This document shows positions 49,521 through 57,342 of a stretch of 64,000 nucleotides of DNA, one piece after another (position 1 is the stretch's first letter; every line of letters begins with the position of its first letter). The position numbers and the translations under genes are program-made. Location of the stretch: sequence record OK905446.1; one strand, 5' to 3'. Below the pieces are notes generated by a model. That model was not told the origin of the DNA. It made no database searches and saw only the letters and a program-made list of their open reading frames with translations.

Positions 49521-51478
49521 TGGCGGCTGACGACAAGAAGATGAATGAGATAATCGGAAGATTAGATCATATCATTCTTCAACAAGAAGACCGACCTGAA
49601 GTTTATACGATGCAGCGCGTGGCTCGTCATATCAGTAACATTGATATTACAACCACGTCGATGCTCGAAACTATGCAGTCGGTGTTTAAAACAAATGAAA
49701 AAGCAGTAGCACAGCAAAAAGGTCTGTTTCAGCGTGTTATTGAAAACTTTGATCAGACATCTAATAAAGTTCGTGCTGCGATCATATCACTTACTGATGT
49801 TATCAAAACGACGTTAGACTTTAAAGGCCATCTGAATCGAATCAACCGCGGCATTCAAGAAATGCACTTGACTGCAAAAATGCAGTTCGCACGTATGCAG
49901 GAGGGGTTTACTCGTTGGTTTGAACGTCTGATTTTCAGAGTCAATGACATGAAGCGCGTCATAGGGCTTCAGAAGACGGCTGCTGATGATTTGAATAGTT
50001 TCTTGACGAACGGTGCGGGTAACAACTCGCCGCTTACTGTGGGCTTTATAAGCGCGTTGTACAAGAAGATATTTGCGTATCAAGTTGTAACCGAAACACG
50101 AAATCGTAAAACTGAACTTCATCGTTACAAAGAGAACATGAAAGTTCAGCGCAACCAAGCAAAAGACTTGAAGCGAATTGCCACACATCTGGTCGGTCAG
50201 AAATTAGGTTGGATTGCTAAAGTATTCAAACTGTTTGGTGCATTTGTCACGTTTCTTGGCGGACAAGCAATACTTCTATCAACATCGTTAGCCAATGCTT
50301 CTATGGCAGCATCAAAATTCGGCGCACTAGGACGTATAGCATCAACGATCTTGCTCGGATTTGGTAAATTCGGTAAAGGAACGGGTAACATAATTCAAGC
50401 TCTAGCAACTGACATGTCAGGTACTGTTAAAGGCTGGATGATGTTCGTCGTGAAAAGACTGTTCTTAGGTCTAGGCCGAATGATCGGCATTATGCTAAAC
50501 CCAGTTGCGTTGATTGGTATGCTTGCAGGTTATGGTATTTACAAGCTATTCGAAGAAGAAATTGACCGAATTTTCGTAGCACTGAAAAGCATATTCTCAG
50601 ACCCCGAAAAACGAGCCGCATTGTTTGCAATGGTCTCGAATTGGTTTAATGGCGTAATTCAGAGCATTTCGAACTGGTTTGGCGGTGTCGGTGAGAGTAT
50701 TGAAGAAGCAATACCTGAAGGTGCAGTCGAAGGCGTAGTTGCTGGCTTCCAGAAGCTAACTTCGTTTGTTCAGAAAGCATTCAATATGTACGTGAACGCG
50801 ATTAACAGCGTGATTGCAAGTTTCTTGTCTATCCCTGACTCGTTCAGATTGCTTATGTTATCAATTCAGAACTTGATGTTAAACATCAAAGAAATGGCTG
50901 GTAGCATTATCGACTGGATCCCAGGTGTTGATAGACCAGAAATGCTAGGCAAAGACAAGCTATCGGCTGAACGAGGGAAGCTAGATGCCGACAAGTCAGA
51001 AGTTAACGCTAGACTGACTGAACGCTATCAAACTAACTACCTAGGGAAAGCTGGGGATGCAATCGCAGACGGTGCTAAGAACGCAGCACAGAGCGTTGTA
51101 GACGGTGCTAAGGGTGTGATGGATGCAGTTAAAGATCCAGCTAAACGTCTTGCGTCATCTGCCGAAACACTTGACAGATTCTTAGCTGCTGAAGTTGAGA
51201 AGAAGCAAATGGAAGAAGACGCCATTGTTGCTGCTGAGAGACAACGTATGATCGACGAAGGGATTATCAAGCCATTCCAAGAGATCAAGCGTTCAGTAAT
51301 CTTAGAAGCAGTCGCAGCGCGTGAAGCAGCATTCAGAGCAGCACAGCAATCGAAAGAAGTCGGTTCGAACTTTGTTAACAACGCTGTAAGCACAGTTCAG
51401 AATACAACGAACTTCACCAGACCATTAACTACAGGTGGCGAAGCTAAGATGCCAACTACAAGAGGTACGTTCAACTAA
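49520..51478 (+). CDS. gp29: tape measure/baseplate hub protein
   Basis: 652 aa helical protein with central hydrophobic segments; follows gp26/gp51. Confidence 0.75.
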   Translation: MAADDKKMNEIIGRLDHIILQQEDRPEVYTMQRVARHISNIDITTTSMLETMQSVFKTNEKAVAQQKGLFQRVIENFDQTSNKVRAAIISLTDVIKTTLDFKGHLNRINRGIQEMHLTAKMQFARMQEGFTRWFERLIFRVNDMKRVIGLQKTAADDLNSFLTNGAGNNSPLTVGFISALYKKIFAYQVVTETRNRKTELHRYKENMKVQRNQAKDLKRIATHLVGQKLGWIAKVFKLFGAFVTFLGGQAILLSTSLANASMAASKFGALGRIASTILLGFGKFGKGTGNIIQALATDMSGTVKGWMMFVVKRLFLGLGRMIGIMLNPVALIGMLAGYGIYKLFEEEIDRIFVALKSIFSDPEKRAALFAMVSNWFNGVIQSISNWFGGVGESIEEAIPEGAVEGVVAGFQKLTSFVQKAFNMYVNAINSVIASFLSIPDSFRLLMLSIQNLMLNIKEMAGSIIDWIPGVDRPEMLGKDKLSAERGKLDADKSEVNARLTERYQTNYLGKAGDAIADGAKNAAQSVVDGAKGVMDAVKDPAKRLASSAETLDRFLAAEVEKKQMEEDAIVAAERQRMIDEGIIKPFQEIKRSVILEAVAAREAAFRAAQQSKEVGSNFVNNAVSTVQNTTNFTRPLTTGGEAKMPTTRGTFN

Positions 51479-52008
51479 TGAAAAACTTGACGATGAAGAA
51501 TAACTTCCGAATCGACATACCAGACAACGGGGCAACGGAAACGTTTCAGTGGCAGATTCAAACTGCCACGATCCCGAGTGTTAATATGGAAATTGCAAGT
51601 ATAAGTCGTGGTTCAAAGTACGCCAAACTAGCTAACAACAACATAGCAGGTTCAGGCACTTCGTACGATGACTTATCAATTCAGTTTCTAGTCGATGAAG
51701 AAATGAGGACTTACGCTGAGTTATACAAGTGGTTAATCACTATGAATAACCCTATTGGTCCCAGTAACAGTGATGGTAAAGTTCCAGTAACTCTATTGCT
51801 ACATGTTCTAGACAATAACAAAGAAAAGACTGTTGCTACGTATCGCTTTATCAATGCGTTCCCGAAGTCATTAAGTGCAATCGAATGGAACTACACAGAA
51901 TCAGGTGACGTTGAAACAGTTACATGTGATGTTGAGTTTGAATACGCCTACTTTGAAATGGTTCATAAAGTAGATGGCAAAGAAGTAACAATCACACCCA
52001 TCGGCTAA
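51478..52008 (+). CDS. gp3: tail tube terminator
   Basis: NNFRIDIPD, QTATIPSV, YDDLSIQFLVDEEMRTYAELYKW, FINAFPKSLS. Confidence 0.92.
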   Translation: MKNLTMKNNFRIDIPDNGATETFQWQIQTATIPSVNMEIASISRGSKYAKLANNNIAGSGTSYDDLSIQFLVDEEMRTYAELYKWLITMNNPIGPSNSDGKVPVTLLLHVLDNNKEKTVATYRFINAFPKSLSAIEWNYTESGDVETVTCDVEFEYAYFEMVHKVDGKEVTITPIG

Positions 52009-52010
52009 AT

Positions 52011-52032
52011 TAAGCCCCTTCGGGGCTTTTTT
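52011..52032 (+). terminator. intrinsic terminator, UUCG loop
   Basis: AAGCCCC-TTCG-GGGCTTTTTTG. Confidence 0.85.
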
Positions 52033-52045
52033 GTATCTGAATCTA

Positions 52046-52131
52046 GAGCGAAGCGGCAGAATGGAAAGAGGCGGAAAAATTCCGCATCATCTTAGTAGTA
52101 TTAGTAGTTTTAGTGAACTTAGAGATATTAG
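52046..52131 (+). repeat. 86-bp dispersed element, copy 2, with 9-bp TAG iterons continuing to about 52155
   Basis: Inverted copy of 25712-25797; TAG at 52093, 52102, 52111, 52120, 52129, 52138, 52147. Confidence 0.95.
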
Positions 52132-52228
52132 AAAAATTAGAGAAACTAGTGTAATCCCCACTTGTTTAGAATACGCCATTTTCATCGTATAATCGAGATA
52201 CGAAACAACTATTGACTGGTAACTCATT

Positions 52229-52867
52229 ATGATAATAGGAATCAATGGGCAGAAGCGATCTGGCAAAGATACAGTCGCTGACATCCTGAAAGAATCTCAT
52301 AGTGATAATGCTTATGTTTACAAATTTGCAGACCCGATTAAAGAGGGATTGTACATTGGACTAAAAGAATACGGCTATGAGTACGCAGACATCGACGGGC
52401 AGAATGACTTTGATAGAGAAATCCCGACATTCACTTTCGATGAAGCTGTAGAACTTGTATTAACCTGCTGTGAATATGCAAACGTAGACGCTGATTATGA
52501 TTATGTCTACTACTCTCTGCTGCCTCACACGACACTTTTCAGCATCCGTGACTTACTACAAATGACTGGCACTGATGTTGCTCGTTCGCTTGATGATCAG
52601 CACTGGATCAATTATGCACGCAATAAATACAATGAGCTAGTGTTTAACAATCCCGAATTGGTGTTTATAATAACGGATGTTCGTTTTGAAAACGAATTGC
52701 ATTTAGTACAAGAGCTTGGTGGCACGATGCTTCAAGTAACCAGAAACGGTTCGCTTGCATCTAATCACATTAGCGATACTGAGTTGGGTCATATTAGCGA
52801 CGCAATTCAAATAGACAATAACGGTTCTCTTGAAGAACTGCATGAAAAAATCAACAATTTATTTTAA
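52229..52867 (+). CDS. gp1: deoxynucleoside monophosphate kinase
   Basis: IIGINGQKRSGKDT P-loop, FADPIK, RDLLQMTGTD, IITDVRFENE. Confidence 0.93.
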   Translation: MIIGINGQKRSGKDTVADILKESHSDNAYVYKFADPIKEGLYIGLKEYGYEYADIDGQNDFDREIPTFTFDEAVELVLTCCEYANVDADYDYVYYSLLPHTTLFSIRDLLQMTGTDVARSLDDQHWINYARNKYNELVFNNPELVFIITDVRFENELHLVQELGGTMLQVTRNGSLASNHISDTELGHISDAIQIDNNGSLEELHEKINNLF

Positions 52868-52876
52868 GGTGAAGAA

Positions 52877-53140
52877 ATGTCACAACAAACTCCAGAACAA
52901 GTAATCGAGCAGAAAGAAGCAGTAATCAAAGATCTTAAAGTTCGTACCTTTGACCTACAAGAAGCTCTTCAAGCTGAACGTAACTCATTCGGTCAATTCG
53001 TAGGTGTACTAGCGCAACTACTAGATTTCGATCAAGAAAAAGCAAGTTCTCTTCAGAACTACGTTGACGAAATCGCTTACCTAACTGGCAAAGCTGAACG
53101 ACCTGTTGAGGTCGAAGCTGTAGAAGAAGAAGCTGAATAA
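52877..53140 (+). CDS. gp57A: tail fibre chaperone
   Basis: Short acidic coiled coil LKVRTFD; synteny gp1-57A-57B. Confidence 0.75.
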   Translation: MSQQTPEQVIEQKEAVIKDLKVRTFDLQEALQAERNSFGQFVGVLAQLLDFDQEKASSLQNYVDEIAYLTGKAERPVEVEAVEEEAE

Positions 53141-53595
53141 TGAAACTATCTAAGTTCCTTGAGAGTCAGGGAACTTACGTTGGTATCAGATTAGACGAAG
53201 CGAGTAAGCAAGAGCTTGTTCGATTGCAACAAACGCTTCGTTTAAAAAATCCGTTAGATCCAGATAAATTTCACGTGACTGTGCTTTATAGTCGTAAGCA
53301 AATTGATGTGCCTGTAGTAGATACCACTTTCGTTGCCACTGTCGAACAAATTGACTGTTGGAAAACGCAAGACGGTAAGCACGCTGTCGTTGCTAAGATG
53401 TCATGTCCTGCTCTTGTAGCGCGTCACGAAGACCTTATCTCTATCGGTGGTACTCACGACTACCCTGACTATCAACCGCACGTCACGTTATCGTATGACG
53501 ACGCTATCACACCGATGTCCGTTAACACTGAAGTTCGTCTTGTTAATGAATATCTCGAACCACTAGACCTAGATTGGGTTGAAAATAATGACTGA
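53140..53595 (+). CDS. acb1: 2H phosphodiesterase, gp57B/Acb1 anti-CBASS family
   Basis: Two HxT motifs (FHVTVLYSR, PHVTLSYD), GTYV, THDYPDYQPH, EPLDLDW. Confidence 0.88.
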   Translation: MKLSKFLESQGTYVGIRLDEASKQELVRLQQTLRLKNPLDPDKFHVTVLYSRKQIDVPVVDTTFVATVEQIDCWKTQDGKHAVVAKMSCPALVARHEDLISIGGTHDYPDYQPHVTLSYDDAITPMSVNTEVRLVNEYLEPLDLDWVENND

Positions 53596-53842
53596 CTTAT
53601 CTACTGAAGCAGTACTGCGAAAGTATCAAGAAGACCCTGAATCACTGAACTCCGATGAAAACGTCGTTCTATTGACGTACGTAGTTGGTTTGCAGACCGA
53701 TCAGATTACTTTGCTTAAAGAGAACAACAAACTTTACGACAAAGCTATTCTTGAGCTTCAACAAGCAGTTTCGCAACTTCAAATCAAGCACGCTGCGCTT
53801 GAACGAGGCGAGACTGAAAGCGGTATTATCATCTCCGCTTAA
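53588..53842 (+). CDS. hypothetical coiled-coil protein
   Basis: ORF overlapping gp57B stop; heptad pattern. Confidence 0.65.
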   Translation: MTDLSTEAVLRKYQEDPESLNSDENVVLLTYVVGLQTDQITLLKENNKLYDKAILELQQAVSQLQIKHAALERGETESGIIISA

Positions 53843-53859
53843 AAACTTTAAAAAAGTTG

Positions 53860-53981
53860 TTGACTTCATCTGAAAAGGATGTAGAATGTATTTCATCGAG
53901 TCGAGAGACAGAAAACAAAATCTTAACTCGATGAAATACTTGAAAAAAAGATGTTGACTTTCGCTGAAAAGCTGATAAGAT
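53860..53981 (+). promoter_or_regulatory. tandem sigma70 promoters with A-tract UP elements
   Basis: TTGACT-16-TAGAAT (53860-53887) and TTGACT-16-TAAGAT (53954-53981). Confidence 0.75.
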
Positions 53982-53989
53982 TAACACAG

Positions 53990-54097
53990 TTGATTAAGCG
54001 AGCTAGAGTTCATCGTTCTCGCCTCTTCATTGAAGATGAACAACTTGATTAAACAGACTAGACTCATCGTTTCTGTCTCTTTGCTGAAGATGAGTAA
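53990..54097 (+). ncRNA. two tandem 53-55 nt H-type pseudoknot repeats
   Basis: Direct repeats with compensatory changes in both stems. Confidence 0.7.
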
Positions 54098-54247
54098 TAT
54101 TTTAAATGTGCGCTAGCCGCAATGAATACATAGGGGCAGTTAAGTTCTGCTGAGCAGCGAGAAGTCTTAGCGGACTAACTCACGAACAAAAACTAGCTGA
54201 GTTAAAATTCGCTCAGTCGGCGTGCAAGTAGCGCACATTTAAAATAT
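54097..54247 (+). ncRNA. structured RNA closed by perfect 19-bp stem
   Basis: ATATTTTAAATGTGCGCTA (54097-54115) pairs with 54229-54247. Confidence 0.55.
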
Positions 54248-54262
54248 CGAGAGTACATTGGT

Positions 54263-54385
54263 CGAGTGTTGGTGTAGTGGCAGCACACGTAGCATACTGT
54301 AATCAGACATGATTATATTCAGCAACCAATTTACGCATATCATAGGGAGATCGTGGGAACAGTTCGATTCTGTTACACTCGACCA
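54263..54385 (+). tRNA. interrupted tRNA-Pro(AGG)-like gene, 49-nt insert at 28/29
   Basis: C1:G72, A73, CCA, D and T arms; removing 54290-54338 restores CGATC/GATCG stem with loop ATAGGGA. Confidence 0.7.
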
Positions 54386-54418
54386 ATGTCCTCTCACTAA
54401 CAAAGCGAGGTGAGCAAT

Positions 54419-54574
54419 TTGATTGTCTATCTTCTCGCACTAGTATTCATAGTTCTATTTGCCTTGGACATTGAAGAAGAAAAGGTGCGTAATCATACTT
54501 TTACGCTAATCACATGCGAACGGGTCATTAATCCCGTAATTAAAGCGCACGATATTGGGTTGTGTTGTGATTAG
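54419..54574 (+). CDS. possible 51-aa membrane peptide (TTG start)
   Basis: GAGGTG RBS; MIVYLLALVFIVLFALDIEEEK... Confidence 0.35.
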   Translation: MIVYLLALVFIVLFALDIEEEKVRNHTFTLITCERVINPVIKAHDIGLCCD

Positions 54575-54657
54575 CTAAGGCAATATAAAACAAGGATTAC
54601 TGGTTCTTGCGTAGGGAATTACCGTTAGGTCTGCGCAAGAACTCGAAAACATATTGA

Positions 54658-54782
54658 TGCGGGTTGGTGTAGTGGTTAGCACACGTAGCAAAAAAACTGA
54701 TTCTGATAAGAATCTGTACGGCAATCAATTCGCATATCATTCATAAGATCGTGACGCAGGTTCGAATCCTGCACCCGCATCA
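54658..54782 (+). tRNA. interrupted tRNA-Met(CAU)-like gene, 50-nt insert at 28/29
   Basis: TGCGGGT/ACCCGCA acceptor, D and T arms; removing 54686-54735 gives CGATC/GATCG stem with 8-nt loop ATTCATAA; no encoded CCA. Confidence 0.6.
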
Positions 54783-54797
54783 ATATGTTTTTACAAC

Positions 54798-54918
54798 GGA
54801 GAGTTAGCTCAGTCTGGTAGAGCAAAAGAATGTTAAAGAATTCTGATAAGCATTCATGCTGCAAACCCTAACTAGGTAAATCTTTTTGTCGGTGGTTCAA
54901 ATCCACCACTCTCCACCA
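54798..54918 (+). ncRNA. tRNA-shaped RNA with 51-nt anticodon loop
   Basis: GGAGAGT/ACTCTCC-A-CCA, canonical D and T arms, AAAGA/TCTTT stem enclosing hairpin + CTGCAAA. Confidence 0.7.
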
Positions 54919-54931
54919 CTTTCGAGGTTTT

Positions 54932-55300
54932 ATGAATAAGTTTGATGACATAAACGACGAGCTAGATTGTATTTTGCATCGTTGTGAGATTGTAAAGCGC
55001 AATCTTAGAAAATATTGCTCATTCGCTGTTGAAATGCAGTATCGACTTATGATAAACTTCATCGGCATGGGTTGCTATCAACAAGTACTGCCTGTGTTAG
55101 ATAATCTCAACTATCACCCTGACACTAGTCAGCTTGATTGCCTAGAGATTAGACGGACGATTAAAGAATTGTTGCTCTGTGCAGATAAACTTGATTTTCT
55201 ACACCAACAAGACATGTTTCATCAAGTGAAGACATCTGCGCTTATAGCAGAAGAAGCAAACATCTTTGCTGCCAAAGTAGGTCGATTTCTTGAGAGATAA
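54932..55300 (+). CDS. hypothetical protein, 122 aa
   Basis: GAGGT RBS; fills the space between RNA genes. Confidence 0.65.
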   Translation: MNKFDDINDELDCILHRCEIVKRNLRKYCSFAVEMQYRLMINFIGMGCYQQVLPVLDNLNYHPDTSQLDCLEIRRTIKELLLCADKLDFLHQQDMFHQVKTSALIAEEANIFAAKVGRFLER

Positions 55301-55301
55301 T

Positions 55302-55379
55302 GGCCCGTTAGCTTAACTGGTAAAAGCAGTCGGCTCATAACCGAAAGATAGTTGGGTTCGAGTCCCACGCGGGTCACCA
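55302..55379 (+). tRNA. tRNA with CAU anticodon (Ile2 or elongator Met)
   Basis: Cloverleaf, loop CTCATAA, CCA; GGCCC acceptor resembles Ile2 type. Confidence 0.85.
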
Positions 55380-55401
55380 GTTAAAATAATGAAAAAAGTT
55401 C

Positions 55402-55430
55402 TTGACTTTGTTTTCGTGTAAGCCGATAAT
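55402..55430 (+). promoter_or_regulatory. sigma70-type promoter
   Basis: A-tract, TTGACT-17-GATAAT. Confidence 0.65.
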
Positions 55431-55464
55431 ACTTACATCGAAACGAAACATAGAAGAGAACATT

Positions 55465-55704
55465 ATGACTGACACTAAAATCAAAGCAACTGTTACTTTT
55501 GAGAGCCGTTCTGGTAAAATCATCGAACAGTTTGGTTACGGTGATACTCGCGAAGAAGCATTGAAATACGCTTCTCGTAAGGGTTTTGAAAACATCACTG
55601 TTCGTTTTGAAAACGAGACTTTTGAAGATGTCATTGATACTCGTACTGAAGATGAAATCAAAGCTGAACATACAGCGTGGGCTAAACTTCATTACGGCAA
55701 ATAA
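55465..55704 (+). CDS. hypothetical early protein, 79 aa
   Basis: Start at MTDTKIK after GAGAAC-ATTATG. Confidence 0.7.
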   Translation: MTDTKIKATVTFESRSGKIIEQFGYGDTREEALKYASRKGFENITVRFENETFEDVIDTRTEDEIKAEHTAWAKLHYGK

Positions 55705-55707
55705 TTA

Positions 55708-55947
55708 TGGCGGGGCTAGGTGCTCTGTGTGCAGTGTATGCCGAACATTAGTATAGTCGCAGACTCGCTATCTACGACGGTGCTGAATCACTCGGACTTG
55801 TCGAGAAAAAACATGTGAGAGGTCGAACTCTCATGTGTTGAAATAAAGACAATGAATTTGATATGCTGATAGGCTCTTACTTCGAAACTCTTATCGGGTT
55901 GACGATGTGTTGCGCCAGTAGGGAGTTCGATTCTCCCACCCGTCCAC
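55708..55947 (+). ncRNA. about 240-nt RNA with tRNA-like acceptor/T arm (tmRNA-like features)
   Basis: GGCGGG/CCCGTC stem, T arm GGGAG-TTCGATT-CTCCC, internal hairpins. Confidence 0.55.
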
Positions 55948-55957
55948 GGAGAATATT

Positions 55958-56167
55958 ATGGGTAAAACGTATACTGATATTGCTAAACGCTATCAGCGCA
56001 AAGGTGAAGATATTCCGCATTGGCTTGCCAAAAAGCTGAAGCAAGGTCAACATGGTGTTTGTGCTGGGTTTCGATGGGGTAATTCTCGTAGAAGCAAATC
56101 GCGTGATAGGCAAATGTTCAGTCAAATCGAACGCAGTCAGTTGAAGCGTAAGAGAGGTATGATATGA
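55958..56167 (+). CDS. small basic hypothetical protein
   Basis: GGAGA RBS; 69 aa Lys/Arg-rich. Confidence 0.65.
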   Translation: MGKTYTDIAKRYQRKGEDIPHWLAKKLKQGQHGVCAGFRWGNSRRSKSRDRQMFSQIERSQLKRKRGMI

Positions 56168-56688
56168 ATGTTCCGTTGAAATTTGCTCAAGCGTTCTCAA
56201 AAGAAGAGCGTGCCGCAATGTCACCTGAAGAACGTTCGAGACTTCGCTCGATATACAACAACAAGTACAATGACTATATTGAAAAGTATGTCAACGTGTA
56301 CACACGCAAAGATTTTCGACGTGAGCGTTGTTGGGTTATCCTAGCTCGTTGTAAAAAGACGGGTAAGATCATGGGTGAGATTGAGAACAGTTTCAACATG
56401 GGATGGTCGACTGAACGTGTTCGAGTAATTCGTCCGTATCTTGGGTATGACTTTCAAGCTTCTAAACGCTTCTCTAAAGCAGCGTACAATAAAGCTTGTT
56501 CAGACTATATCGCTAACTACGATAAGCGCGTAAAAGAGCTTAGAGAGCGATACAGCAACACTCACGACGTGTTTATCGCTCGTGTGGGTAGTCAGACTTG
56601 TCCGATTTCAATTGATTGGGATACGTTCTACAAAGAAAAGAACAAACGCAACTTTGAATGGCGAAATTTGAAGTTCAAAGTTAAATAA
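56164..56688 (+). CDS. hypothetical protein, 174 aa
   Basis: ATGA overlap with upstream ORF; GAGG RBS. Confidence 0.7.
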   Translation: MNVPLKFAQAFSKEERAAMSPEERSRLRSIYNNKYNDYIEKYVNVYTRKDFRRERCWVILARCKKTGKIMGEIENSFNMGWSTERVRVIRPYLGYDFQASKRFSKAAYNKACSDYIANYDKRVKELRERYSNTHDVFIARVGSQTCPISIDWDTFYKEKNKRNFEWRNLKFKVK

Positions 56689-56693
56689 TTTAC

Positions 56694-56809
56694 AGTCGGG
56701 TAGCTCAGTGGTAGAGCACGAAGAATGATACTGTCAAGTATCGCTCCAGCACTCTTTCAATTGCCTGTTAAGCACGTGGTCGCTGGTTCGAATCCAGCCC
56801 CGACTGCCA
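56694..56809 (+). tRNA. interrupted tRNA-Asn(GUU), 41-nt insert at 28/29
   Basis: Removing 56721-56761 gives perfect cloverleaf CGTGC-CTGTTAA-GCACG, G73, CCA. Confidence 0.8.
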
Positions 56810-56834
56810 TTTTCAAAACATAGTGAGGTACAAC

Positions 56835-57068
56835 ATGAGTAATTTCAATATCAATAAAACATTGCTTACTCCGAAACAACTGCGCGGTCTGTCAGACGAG
56901 CGTCTTAATGAATATCGCAAATCGTTTCGTAAACCTCTTGGCTTCTTGAAGCATCTGAATGACACGAATGAGTTGACTGAAGATCAGCACAAGAAGTTTG
57001 TACAGCTTAACAAGCATTACAACGATGAAATTCTAGTTGAAATGAATAAGCGAAAACACCTAGGCTGA
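56835..57068 (+). CDS. hypothetical protein, 77 aa
   Basis: GAGGT RBS before MSNFNINK. Confidence 0.65.
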   Translation: MSNFNINKTLLTPKQLRGLSDERLNEYRKSFRKPLGFLKHLNDTNELTEDQHKKFVQLNKHYNDEILVEMNKRKHLG

Positions 57069-57342
57069 TAGAAAGATCGCAGAAAGTTGAAATTTTTTTC
57101 AATTTTCTGCGAAAATACCGCAAATCGTCAAAATTGGTGTTATAAGTACTATTATACAAACAAAAACAATTTTTATTTTTTGCAAGAGAGCATTCAATGA
57201 CACATTCGATTACACATTCATCTGAGACATTACGCAGCGATTTTCTGCGCTCAGAATTCGTGTATCTAGCGAATCCGTGTGCAAAACAAAACTGGGATTC
57301 CCTCTTGTAGTCCGATAGTATAACATAGAAGTATACTTGAGG

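Noticed and set aside
53990-54097. Hammerhead or HDV-like ribozyme in the tandem repeats (CTGAAGA in unit 2)
   Set aside because: No GAAA core or three-stem geometry, unit 1 has TTGAAGA, and there is no room for HDV P3/L3.
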